Positions 13,695 through 26,700 of a stretch of DNA of 64,000 nt are shown piece after piece. Source of the stretch: Azolla caroliniana (lineage: Eukaryota; Plantae; Polypodiophyta); assembly GCA_043228905.1 (NCBI GenBank), contig JBHGNT010000010.1:3534001-3598000 (forward strand), given 5' to 3'. The position numbers and the translations under genes are program-made. A model generated the notes under the pieces. The model was given only the letters and a program-made list of their open reading frames with translations, was not told where the DNA came from and did not search any database. Position 1 is the stretch's first letter. Every line of letters starts with the position of its first letter.

Positions 13695-14807
13695 TTAAAA
13701 TTTATTGGACAAGGATGTATTATTCATAATATTAGGATCACTAAGTGCTTCTAAAATGTTGGACTTGGTTTTATTGTCGTAGTGAATTTTATTTACCTGA
13801 CGTCTTGGCCTACGGGAGCAATGAATGGCTATATGTCCTGGACCTCCGCAATATAAGCACAAACGGTTTGCTCGACGTCGTTGTTTCTCTTCATCCGACA
13901 ACGGTCCTCGTCGTTGGGTCATATCAATCTCCATGGGTATAGGCCTATCCATTGGGGCTGGACTACGTGGTTGCCTTGGAGTTGGAGCAAGGCTATATGT
14001 TTGCCTTGGAGATGACCGTGTTGTTACTGATGCATAAGTTGGTGTGAATCTTGATCTTGTTATTTGTTGTTGTTCACATCGACGCTCAAAAAGACAATTA
14101 TCGTACCATATTGCTCGACTAATAGCTTCTGTAAGAGTTTTTGAATCCTCGGGGAATGTAGGAAGTAAGTCTTTTACATCGCTATGAAGACTGTAACGAA
14201 ACTGCTCCATTAGGGCTTGTTCGTGCCAAGGAATATCGCTTGCGATGAGACGAAAATTGGCGGCATATGTCGATGTTGGCTTATCACCTTTACGTAGTGT
14301 ATGAATCTTGTTGATCATTGTTCTTGCCCCATATGTATCTCCAAAGCAAGCCTTAAATTCTTTGACAAATTCCTCTAAATTATGGAGTAGAGGAGAATTT
14401 GTCTCTAATAATGGAGCAAACCACAACAATGCTATGCCAATAAGGTGCTCACTAACTCGACTCGAGATGCATCACTCGAATAACGCGTGGGATGCATTTG
14501 AATTACCAACTGCACTTGATTCAAGAAACCTCGAAAATGTGCCCTTGAACCATCAAATTTAGCGGGGAGGCTGATTTTGCTCTCCTTGATAATTCCTTGA
14601 CCTTCGCCCCTTTGTTGTTGTAAAATTACAATTGTTGACTCTAGTTGTTGCACCCATTGTGTAAACTCCTCTTGTTGTTGTTGCTTCTCCATAGTAACAT
14701 TTTCCAAGAAGTCGTTGATTCTCTAATTCAAGAGATGTGAACTAGGATTTAAGATTCTCCATTTCAGCAACAAGGCTGAGATATTCTTCTGAGTTGATGG
14801 CAACCAT
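13695..14807 (-). pseudogene. Gypsy gag with CCHC zinc knuckle, disrupted
   Basis: ORFs 14432-14707 (PAKFDGSR..RGFLNQ) and 13695-14429 (PMEID...CLYCGGPGHIAIHC). The probable ATG is at 14807, and there are in-frame stops. Confidence 0.9.
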
Positions 14808-14848
14808 GGTTTCGTGATGTTTATAGAGGAGGATAAAGGAGAGAGAGA

Positions 14849-14860
14849 AATTCGAATCAA
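14849..14860 (-). other. Primer-binding site, self-priming type (TTGATTCGAATT on minus strand)
   Basis: Lies 2 nt inside the 5' LTR boundary and lacks the TGG start of tRNA PBSs. It is the exact inverted copy of 15011-15022 within the LTR. Confidence 0.75.
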
Positions 14861-14862
14861 AC

Positions 14863-15311
14863 TGCCAGAACCAAGCCAGAAGATAGAGTGACAAAAGAAA
14901 GATATAAAGAGATCACAAGAAGAGAGGAATGAAATGATAAGGGAAGAATGAATGTATTAAAGTAGAATGAGAATGGATACAAGATAAGCGATGAGAGCTT
15001 AAGACTGATGTTGATTCGAATTGATTTGAGAATACATGTATGCCCCTATTTATAGGTTCCTATTTCTATAGCCTAGAGTTTTCTATAATGTTGTAAAATG
15101 TTCTAGACCTAGAATATTCTAAGATGTTCGAGGATATTCTAGAATGTTCTAGAATGTTCCAGAGTATTTATAATAATCAGTGTATTACAAGAAGTAGCTT
15201 TTATCATCTGGTATAATTATAGGCTATCTTAATGGTTGGGTTCTTGATTATGTATTACAAGGTCTTGGGTTCAAGCCTAGGTGAAGCCATGATGTTTATG
15301 TATTCATGACA
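14863..15311 (-). repeat. 5' LTR of the chromovirus (449 bp)
   Basis: TGCCAGAACC...CATGACA followed by the TSD ATAAG. By eye it differs from the other LTR by about 22 substitutions plus one micro-rearrangement. Confidence 0.95.
15047..15054 (-). promoter_or_regulatory. LTR TATA box (TATAAATA)
   Basis: Minus-strand CCTATAAATAGGG is conserved in both LTRs, about 32 nt upstream of the predicted start at 15022. Confidence 0.7.
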
Positions 15312-15899
15312 ATAAGCTATTGGGATGAGTATACAAGTTGATGAGAGAGAGAGATTTTATTATTATCCTTGGATATATCCACAGACCAAAAGTGCAAGCT
15401 TTTTATGTACAATGTGTGGATTTGAGTAGGGACTCTTTTGGTGTTGAGGATTTTTTTTAAAGATTCACCTTGGTATTAATGGTGATGTTGAGGAATTTTA
15501 ATCATGAGAATTGAAATGCAAATCGATTATGAGAGAAATATGACTAAGGATTGGACTGGATTGGCAAACTATGCTCAAAGAATTTATGTACATGCATATA
15601 AATGACATCTCCCATCGAACGATATGAACATGTGATTACATTGATATCATTGCTCCAATGCAATTAATTTATGGTTATTCTCACATTAGATTGGTGCACA
15701 AGATCAAATGGATATGCACCTTGTATGCAAAAAGGAATCTTGGACTATTTTAATGAATCTCTAATCATGTTCTTCTATTTTAAGCCGATCGAATATGAGG
15801 AATGACACTAGCTTAAAGAATGACTTAAGTCACGGTTAAAATGAGAAATCATTCATTACCTAGGTCCTATATCCGTATTAACCACACTTATATAAGGGA

Positions 15900-16400
15900 A
15901 GAGTTTGAGCACCTTTAATCAACTATTGGGTTCAACCTTCTTCACCAATCGATTGAAGCCAATGTGGAGCAATTTGTGGATTTCCTCCTCCACCAAGACT
16001 ACATAGTAATTGGTGTTCATTCATAAAGTAATAACTAAAATATAATTGATATGATAGTGATAAACTAGGGGATCCGAACTACCCACATATTTTGTAGGAC
16101 CAACCAAAGACATCCTTGTAATCGTTGATCAACTCCAAAACCTAATGTTGAAACAATGAAATGGCAAGGTTTTGGGCAATTTGCAATAGGTGTGGCCCGT
16201 GGGTATGCATTTGTCACAAGGTTGACCTTATCCAACATTGTTACCCTAACGTCTAAAACCCTAAACCCTAAACTCTCAATCCAATGTATCTCAAGATGCT
16301 TCATACTAACGATCAATTCAGCCAAGGGCCTTGATAAGGCAATTGGAATTTGGGACCATGTTTGGTTCATCTAGTGGAAACGTGGTTGTGAGTTTTAGGT
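15900..16400 (-). mobile_element. Old Gypsy-like pol remnant (protease/RT N-terminus)
   Basis: Minus-strand MNTNYYVVLVEEEIHKLLHIGF (15955-16020) resembles the RT start MNPNY...VKEEIDKLLxxGFI. A frameshifted LxRPWL-like motif lies at ~16325. Boundaries are approximate. Confidence 0.5.
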
Positions 16401-17706
16401 GTTGCATGGTTACCATCCCTTCTAGCATATTGCTTCTTTTAGCCTTTGTGTTTTTGTTGAACCTTTGTCTTTCACCATCAAAAACTACATTCTCACCAAC
16501 AATGTCATAAAGCTTAAACACAAATATGTTGGTTGTGTATGATCAACCCTTCCTCCACTATTATTGTTCAAGAATTTACGTAATTTTGCTATAAAGATTT
16601 ATTATACAACATTATCTTTCTCAATATGTTAAATTTGTTCTAATGTAGTTCAATTAACTAATTCAACATCAATAGATTTGGTGATGAATCATTGTATGTT
16701 AATACATTGTATGATAGGAAATATGCTTATATAGCTTGCTTCTCCCATGCATGTGAATTCGTGTTAATAAAATTACTTCTATTTTTTAATAATTTATTAT
16801 AATATAATTCGACATGAATTATTATATTAATATTTCACACTTGCAATAACATGATCTTGTATGTCTCTTTGATGCACACAAGATAGGATGCTCTTTCAAG
16901 CCTATACGAACTTTAATACATACTTAGTTAATATTGGTCACAATTCAAAAAGGTTAACAAGTAATCTAAATTTATTTTGTGCTATATATTTCCCTTGTTT
17001 TTCTGGATATTTCAACGTCCATGATTGCAATGTTGAAATGCAATTTAGCAATTACACAACAATGATTGCATTGTTGAAATGTGGTGAGACATTGAATCTT
17101 TAGACTAATATTATATGCATCACATGTTAGAAGCGTGATTTGATGTGACCTATGTCTCCTCAAGGTGCACACCACATAGAGCACGTCTATTGACCAACAA
17201 AGTTCTACCTTCACATCAATGTCGTGAGCCAAATGATCCAAGCCATCGTACAACCTATTGATATCACTCTTGAATCGCTATTTCCACAACCATAACCTAT
17301 TCACGTTTACTTCCTCATGATTACCCTTGATTAAGAGACTAATTAGGCTTTAAAATGATTTGAGAAGCATTAATACATGCATAAGAACAAAAGATTACAA
17401 CACACATTCTATATAGCTAATTAGAGCTTAACCTTAATCACTCTACGTTGTCTTGATTACAAAAGTAGGAAGTATAGTACAAAAGCATTTGCTTCGTGTG
17501 GGCTAGACAATAAGAATAGTTTTTCTTTCTTTCTTAGAGTTGGTAAGTCCATCTAGAAATGGGTTTAGAGTTAGGTTTAGGGTTGTGAATTGATTGGTTT
17601 TGATGAGGTTCTTATTGGTAAGGTTTGGGCTTTATGTAAAGACAACATTATGTATTTACATACATGTCTTCCCTTCTTATGCAGAAGAACCAAAGAACAT
17701 CATAAA

Positions 17707-20700
17707 TCAACCTTTCTTCCCACCTGCCAAGATACGTGAGATTTGAAGACCCCTACTGAAGGCTTGGTTGAATAAGAGTCGCGATTGGAACTCGGACACG
17801 AAAGGGAACCATGCCAACACTGCGACAGGAGTAAATAACACAAGCCCCATCATGTATTCATATCCACGTGCAAGAGCCTTCACAGATTCCCAAAGCCCAA
17901 TAGCCACCACAATGGGTTTGCATGCTTGAGAAATCTGCAACAGGTAAAGAATGAATGATATAATGAGGAACAGAAAGCATACCCTTCACTGATTTCCAGC
18001 TTTGGGAATGAAAATACTGCTATGTTCTGCCTGAAAATATCTACCACAATACTCCTGTGCTTTCAAACTTAACTTAACGAGAATTAACCTCTATGCAGTA
18101 GTGTAAGTTTTGAAAACCGAGGAATATTCTGGGGATTCTCGAAAACGGGGGAATTATCATTCTGATTTTCCATTAGATGTTTATCACAATTAGTTACCAG
18201 TAAAATTCCCCAGCCGGTTGGCAAAAATGCAAGCAGGCAGGTATAGAGATCCGAAGAGGTAAATTCAAAAACAAGGAAGAGTCCTGAAAGTACGGAAACA
18301 GCTACAATGAAGAGCCCGGCCTTCAGCAGTCTAAAAAGTAGCTGGAAATCTCCACCGAACCGCTTCCTCCCCATCGAAACGATCTACGTTGAAACATAAT
18401 TCAAATTTTGTATCGATTTGATTATGTCGGGTAGATCCAACTATACTTAAATGACAAATAGGGAAACACATAATAGTAACAGACCTTCAATAAAGTTAGC
18501 ATTGCAACCACAACCAGCCATGACAGTCCATACACCTGAATAACATATAGGGAAAGAAGAAAATGAGAAACAAGAAAATGAGAAACAAGAAAGAGATTCT
18601 CCAAAACAATGTGCATTATAACATCTCTATCGCCTTGCCTCTATCCTTGTGCTTCCATTCACAATGTGAAGATGGTAAATAAGCCCATATTGATAAATGA
18701 AGAATCTCAATGAAAGAAGAACTTCCAAGAGCCGCCCTAGAATGCCTGTATACTTGAGATGCTCTTGTTCTTCATTCCACCATGATTCCCAACTCTTAGT
18801 TGAGTGCACGCCAATACCCCCTCGACATTTGATCCATTGGTTCCAGTCATCCCAATCCTCCACAATCTTCTGCCAATCAAATCCGGATGGATTGAACAAA
18901 AATGGGCCAAACAGCCAGGATGCCACTAGAAACCACATTGAAAACGTGACCAGAATATATGAAACTAAGCCCTTCCTTGACTCTCCATATATGCTGTAAA
19001 TTAGAAGCAGGACAGTAAGTTCCATCCCTTTGGTGAAGTGGCTCCGAGAGTATAAACGGTAATTCTCAGCAAATCGTTCATGCCTCACTACAAATCCACG
19101 TCCTGTGGCTCGGTATTTTGCACCTCCATGCAAAATAGTTCTCCCGAAATAGTGAGTCTTTGTCCCTAAAGAGAATGTAAAAAATACAGATGCAAGCTGC
19201 AATTGCATCACTATAAAATCACTGACAGCCTTCCAGAACCCTCTCTCTAGGCCTATTTCCATCACCATTGGTAGTGCCATTAGTACACCAAGCTGCACAA
19301 GAGACTGGGAAGCCAATGCCGCTTCCAGAGGAACATTCTTCTTTAACTCAGCTTCAGCCAAAAGAGAAGTTTCTAACCCACTTAAAGTGAGATAAAGACG
19401 ACCATATAAGAATGCATAGACAGTGAGTACAACCATCTGCAAAGCCATAAGTAGTCAATGTTTGCAACTCTACAGAACATAAATTCAGAAAAATAAGAAA
19501 TGATGAACTCAACTAGCTATTATAAGGTGAAAATGAAGAATTCCTGCTAGGAGCTTTATGTAATGCTCATTGTATATCTAGGACATTCTACCTAGTAGCC
19601 ATTTTCTATTACACTGGATAATAATTTCTCCCGCATACTAACATGTCCATATTGACTGTAAAAAACTTAATCATAGAATAAAAAATGAATTTTTGTGGCG
19701 TACCATCGAGCTGAAATAAAACCCCACTGTTGTGAAGTAGCAGGAAAGCATCCGGAAAAAGTCAAATCGGTGTCCCAGACGGTATATATCCCTACTTAAC
19801 GACTGTTCACCATTACCATTGGCAACCTTGGCTTCGAACATTGAAATCTGGTTCAATCCAACATCTCGTCCCTTTCCAACTTGAATATATTCATGATGTG
19901 TGATGTTGCCTTGTCGCAGAGTAGAATTGAAACCTAGAGGACAAATACAAATCAACACATTATTAGGAATGCAATACGTTTATAGACTACAATTATGAAG
20001 AGCATAAATCTCAGAATACAAACCTGCAAATATATCTTCACTCAGGTTAATGACCCGTGAAGCCTTGCTTATACCTCCTCTAGTTAAATGGAACAGTCTG
20101 TCAAAGACATCTGGATGTCCATAGTGGAAACGAGTTCTGCATTTGCCAGGCCAACAACTTAATAAAGTGGAGCATTTGAATATGATAATATCCATTAAAA
20201 CATACATTTATTCTTACTTCAATGGCTCTGCTAGCACACGTTGTCCAATGGTGACAAAACTAGTCTCTTGCATCGACATAAACCAAGCTAAGGATGAAAC
20301 ACTACCAAGAAACGGAATGGTTACACAAATTTACAAGCTGTTGGTAAACCATGCATATTTCAATATTTCTAATGTTAAAGATATACCTTCCAGTAAACAC
20401 ATGCTCTCGCACACCAAGGATGGTTGGATCCCGAACACCATGGTTCTCTTTGAATTCCTCTAAAAGATTTCGCATCTTGAAGGTTTCCTCTAGATAATTA
20501 TCCTGAAAAGTTAAATATAGGTCAGGATGACAAATTCATAGCGATAGCCTACTTAGGAATAAAGGCTTGTAAATTTTACCTGATTCATGTCAATAGCCTG
20601 CAATGCCTCCCCTCGTGTAAATATAATAGCATGATTCTGGTTCTCTGGCTTTCCCTCACCCAGTTGCACCACCCCAGGCAACTTGATACGGTATATTTCC

Positions 20701-23700
20701 TGACATGTCATTGAAACTTAATATTTTGCAGAGAGGGTGACTGCTGGGAAAATGCCATTTGTGTATGCGCGAGATTGTGCACGTGTGTATTTGGGCTTGT
20801 AATGAAAGAAAAAGAGATAGAATTTGTGATACAATCGATATGACTTAGTGTAGTGCAATACAGAACAGATTTATGAGAAGAAAAAGCAATATTTGCAGAC
20901 CCTGGCTAATTGCATTACAATACAAAGTGTTCTTTTATCTACCCTGCTTCTTAAGATGATTCATTAAATTAATTCAATAATTCACATTCACAATGAGGCC
21001 ATTAGACAGAAATGAGATAGCTGGTAACCATAGGCAGGAATAGAAAATGCTGTTTGGCCTTTCATATTGATCTAATAAGATGTCACACTATTTGAAACCC
21101 TCACAAAAGCAATCGTGATACATTGCATGCATTGATCATTTAATATAGTCAGATGAAAAGGAAAAGAACTACCTCATCCAACCCATTTACTGCTTTAACC
21201 AAAACAGAGTAATATTCTTTATGTATCTTGTCCTTCTCCCTCACCTCCTTTTCATCTATGTAAGCGACTCTCAGAGATGGGTACCTATACACATAAAAGT
21301 ATATAAACCATCTAGGTGTATAAACCGTATAAGGTTATTTAAATAGATGGATACCCACTTCATCATTAAGCTCAAAACATCTGCAGCGTGTTGATCTCCA
21401 CACCGCTTTTGTGCACCATAGTTTTGGCAAGAGACCACATATGTAAACTTCATTTCTACCACTGCTTCAAGGGTTGCTTCAAGAGACCTCTGGCTCATTT
21501 CTTTGGCTGAGGTTGCAATGTGTGCTTGGTAGCCTTCAGCTATTTCTGCAAAGCATCATGTCAGATTTAAAACCCAGCGTTGGGAAATTTCATGGAAATG
21601 TAGTTTCAAGGGAAACTAATTCATAAGAATGACCATAATAAGGTTTCCTGGACAAAACGGAATAATCAATCAACAGAACCAGTAAAATCATATAGTAGGC
21701 AGCCAATCTTAATATAAACCAATGATAGAAAACACGGCAGGAAACAATGATCGACAGATCAGGTGTTTGATTACTTCTCCAGAGGTGATGTGGTAAAACC
21801 TGACCATGATGAAATAGAAATAGAAACTGAAAGAGAAAAGACTAATAATATAACAAACCAAGAAAATATAACATGTCTACAATATAGTTTTTGAATATTG
21901 TACAAATTTCATACACTAGAAACACAAACGCGGCCTCTAATACCGAGGTATATAGCTGTTATTACATGTTTTAGTGATTTTAGAAGAGTTCAATTGCTGA
22001 TGTAATCTCTAAATTGTTGATCTATACAAAATAGAGGTATGGCAACTCTACACGAATCCATAATGATCACATTGCCCATGGGTTTTGTGTTATGCACACT
22101 CAGCTATGCATTAAAATCTAACAACCTTTTATGTTACTCAAAGGAAACAAATAGCTTGAGCTCAAAAGAAGCCCAGGAATATAACCTTGATCTGACGCGA
22201 TATCAAGGAACGCTTGAAGTTTTAAAGCTCGTGAATAATACATCATTCCTTTCACTACAAAAAACAGCATATAAGACTTATGTCAAATGGGTTTTTGTTA
22301 TATAAAAACGAAAATTTCAATTCTAGCGCAATGGGACCTGTTCGTAATAGTGTTTGTCCACGTGTGGATGCCCAATGACGTAATTCGAGCTCCTTTTCAC
22401 CAGACCAAAGGTCGTTATCTTTCCTAATATCGCCGTCTTTTTGGAATCCCAAACGCTCCAGAAAATTCTCCCATTCATCTTGCTTACAGTAAGAATTCAT
22501 AATAAGAAGAGAAAATGGATAACTTCTAGATGTAAGTAGTCAGAACACCTGAAGTGTATGAACTTACCTGGATAGATTTTCTGCAGATAAAACAAGATGG
22601 ATACACCATCCTCATTATCCTGATTAATCTGATCAATAGTATAAACAGTATCCTCACTGTAATACGGAGTCAGGACACTATGTCACAGTACAAAATAATG
22701 AATCAGTGGAGCATCACATATCCGGATCGTGCATTTATACAACGAAGTTCAATAATCTTGATACTTACCCAAGACAACTGAAACAATGCAATTTAATGAA
22801 AGAAATATCTTGCTATTCCAGAGATGCCATACATCATAATAGATTTTTAGCCCATCATACCTAAACGATAGCATGTCACACACTGGTGGAGCTCTTGGCA
22901 TGCTCATGAATAAAGAGTTTGTAAAGAAGGCAATGCGTCGGCGAGCCTCAAGGTTCAATGGTATATCCATAGCAGATTCCTTCACGGTGAGCAACAAATA
23001 CAACCTCTTAATCTGCACAACCAAGAGTTTGTTCAGGCATTTGCATTCAACCATAAATGCATTCCCTATTTCTCAATTACATGTACTATTTGAGCAATTC
23101 ATCCCCTTTCAATCTTGACTAAGAGCATTTGGCGAAATAACAAAGACTTAGGGTTTTTTCAAAGTTATCCTCTAATAAAGAAAAAACACTTACTTGCTCT
23201 TTCCAGGCAAGAGAATCAGGTAACGAATAATTTATTGCTGGTGGATCAGTGCTTGCAAATAGCTGTTTTTCCTCAGATCGAGATTTCCCATGGCTATTAT
23301 ACTCGAGCTCAAAACTGATTGATTCCACTTAACAAATTAGACACGGTGTATTTTGAGCAACTGAACATGAATTGCACAAGAATCTCATTGTGAAGTTGAA
23401 AGTTACCTTCCCTCCATGATATCTTGTGTAGTCACTTCAAGCATATCCTGCAGTAAAAGAACTACAGCACTATGTTTTGAATCATTGGAGGTTTCTAGCT
23501 GCTGCAAACCAAAACATAGAAAAATCACATTCAGCAGCAAAAATGGTGTTACAAGTAAATTTATCAACTTTCATAGAAATGCCTGAGGAAAATGTTACCT
23601 AACTTACCAAAGTTAAGATGAGATCCACAAACTTCTGGTAAAGAAGTGGAAGCTTTTTTATCTTGAAACGTTCAAGGAATTTTCTATTATGAATAGAAGA

Positions 23701-26700
23701 GTCCACTTCACCTAATAGTTTCTTCAATATTCTAAGCAATTAGTAAACATAGGAGATGTGTCAAAAGGCAGTACCTTTGTAAAAATGAATGATACAATTT
23801 TGAAAAACTACAAATCAAAGAACACCAAAGATACATCAAGGAGACTATAATTATCAAAAGGGTGCTGTTTAATCCTTACCGCTTCTCCCTCTTTCCAATA
23901 ACCAAGTAATTTAGGACGAGCTTAAAGAGCTCATAACACTCCTCGACCGCAACTTTTCTATACAAATCAGCTGAAATGCGCTTCCAAAGATCATGGTCTT
24001 TTCCTTCAAAATCGGCTGCCATGTTCAATGCTATTGGCAACTGGACGTTGATGACAATTTGCATCAATTCTTGGAGAAAATGTCACAACCGCTTTCATCA
24101 ACTGGGCAACAAAAAGTTACCTTGCTTGCAAGGAGAAACGGTGGCCACTGCTCAGACATTATTTTCAAGTTGGGGTCTGAGGAATAAGATGATGGGACAA
24201 GCAAGAGATCCAAATCCCTGCATGTATATTGCACATGCACAGTTGGATTGAGATAACTCACATCTGAAATTATTAAGCTTCGTTTGACTAAAAACTTACT
24301 TATTGCTAATGATGTCTTCCTCTCTAAAACTAAGGATAACCTCATTCCAAAGTTGTGCAAACTTTGCATGCTGAGTCTTTCTATCACAAACCTGTATAAG
24401 AATAATTGTGAGATGTTTAAACAAGGTAGCCAAATAATTTTCATACTTCTCTAAATGTAAATTGATAAGGCTGAATAGTTACTTTAAGTGACACCAAACG
24501 ATTATTGAAGGCCTGTGGTAGTGAAGAGAACCTCGAACGTAGCATACCTAGTGTACGAATCTGCATTTTATATGAGCACTTAACATATTATTTTCATTAT
24601 GTACAACCAGAGAAAATGTACATAAATTATCATGTAGATGATAATGAAAATGGTTCCTTAACGGTTAATGGTGCAGACAGGATAATGATGACTAAAAATA
24701 ACAATGCTATCTCCTAATGCATAACATTGTTTTACCTCCCCAAGACGGCGAAATGCACCAATTACTCCTCCCACAAGTGTAGAAAATACAGCATACCATA
24801 TTTGAGTATCCATAAAATAAACCTGCCAAATAGAGACATTGATGATTTTTTTAGATATGTCAGCATTCGGTATCTCAGTACTACAAGCTACCAAACCAAT
24901 ATAGATGTTTACATGAACATACCAAAATCACAGGAACCCATATAGAGATCAAAGCTTCAATGTTATGTTTTGCTGTTATCACAATAGTTACGAAATCCTT
25001 AGGCATACTGGGACTTGATTGCCAGAAATAAAATACAAATTATAGTAACTCAATGCTTGTGAGGATAACCTACCGTGGGGGAAAAGTTCATGCCACTCAT
25101 AATGAATGGATTTCACACGCATAATATCACGGGTCACCTTCATTAACGGTTTAATCTGCCACAGCAGTTTTGTTTAGCTCATTTGAATGATAACACTTGC
25201 ACTTCTAGTGAAATATCCAGATCATAAACACAATACAAATGAGTACTACAGAAGAAAGAAACTTAAATACCTGTATATAATAGCTAAAACAAAATTTGCA
25301 GATGAGAAGAAGAATCCAGAACATTGTGTATCTGTGGTTGAAAAAAGAAATATAAGAGACTGGCAATTTCTGTAAGCAGCAAAAATTATCTAGTTGATTA
25401 TATGAAATACTTGAACAGAGCGACTGCACCCTCCTGCATTCCTCGTCCAACATATAACCGAGGCTGCATTCATAAGATGTATTCCGTTATATATGTTTTT
25501 TACTTGTATCTCCCAACTCTGGTATTTCAATAGAGCATTTTCTGCTTAATGAATCAGCTCTATTCTTTTCTTTTGCAAATCTCTTTTAAATTAAACTAAT
25601 CCTTAGGTCACTTCTAGGATGATGAGTGCAGCCAGAATCCAAGTCATCAGATGAGCAATTCTCACTCATCAAAAGGTTTTGCTGCATGGCTAGGCCAAAC
25701 ACCCTAACAACTACCTGCATACAAATGAACCCTCCCTCTGCAGAATTTCCCATTAACTGACAAATTACAATTAATAGGAAATAAAAATGTTATGAAATAT
25801 AATATAAGGATTAAAACACTTACTTGTGACCACCAAAGCAAAAACTGAAATATCTTCCAATTGGACTTCTCTACTACTGTCCTCAGAGAAGGCAACAAAA
25901 ATAGAACAGCACCTAGGACATTTGGAAGCAGATAGATTATAACTGCAGAGATGTATAGGGAGGGGATTTTGTCTGTTTGTCGAAGCCAATCTTTGATCAT
26001 TTTTAGAATGCCACTTGGATTTTCCCATGAATGCAGATAGCAGACTGGCAGTATAACAACCCAAGCTATAGCCACAACTAGCTTCAGTAGCAGTCTAGCC
26101 ATATTACTGAGCTTGCTGCTGTGATAAGCTTTGATATTTAAGGCAATATCTAGGATCACTGCAAAGTACATGAACAAACCATTATGTCTATGTCGAAGTA
26201 ATAAAGTAGGTTGAAAATCTGAAAACTAGGTTAGACCTTGTAGCAAACGAAGTATTGCTGCTGTTATGAAAATGCTTAACACATTTTCAAATACAGGAAG
26301 CTGGAAAACTTCAAGAGGAGATCCTGTTTCGGTCTGGGTTAAGATAACCATTGCCTACAAAAATAAATCATTATGTTATGTATATAATTGCCTCATGCAT
26401 TTTCCTTCACATCTTCAATCATATTTCAAACCTCCACCCTCACAATAAGAAACAAATAAAAACCACATACCAGAAAATCAAAACAAAAACGCCACTTAGA
26501 TTATACATTCACTCATACGACATGATGTTTAATGTAGAATACCTGCAAAGCTAAAATATAAAAAGTCCACATTCGGTCAAAGCTTCTGAAAAGATGCCAA
26601 AAGCTTCTAACTTCTACAAAATTCATCTTTTTGACTCCTTGAGAAGAAATCTTGCGAGGATCCTGCAATTCACATAGAGTATCTAGAACGCCAAACCTTT

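Larger units (their letters stand above)
9570..15311 (-). mobile_element. Full-length, decayed Ty3/Gypsy chromovirus LTR retrotransposon (Tcn1/Tf1-sushi-like)
   Basis: Two LTRs with TG...CA ends and a 5-bp TSD ATAAG (9565-9569, 15312-15316). Internal order on the minus strand: gag (CLYCGGPGHIAIHC zinc knuckle), protease, RT ([13 protein letters not shown]...YLDD), RNaseH (LNRRQARW), integrase (HHCC region, GLLQPLP, HPVFH) and chromodomain (YYLVDWVGYPPSDRTWEP). Confidence 0.97.

Noticed and set aside
20302-20386. Possible U12-type intron in CalS (donor GTATATCTTT)
   Set aside because: It does not match the U12 donor GTATCCTT, so it is treated as an ordinary GT-AG intron.
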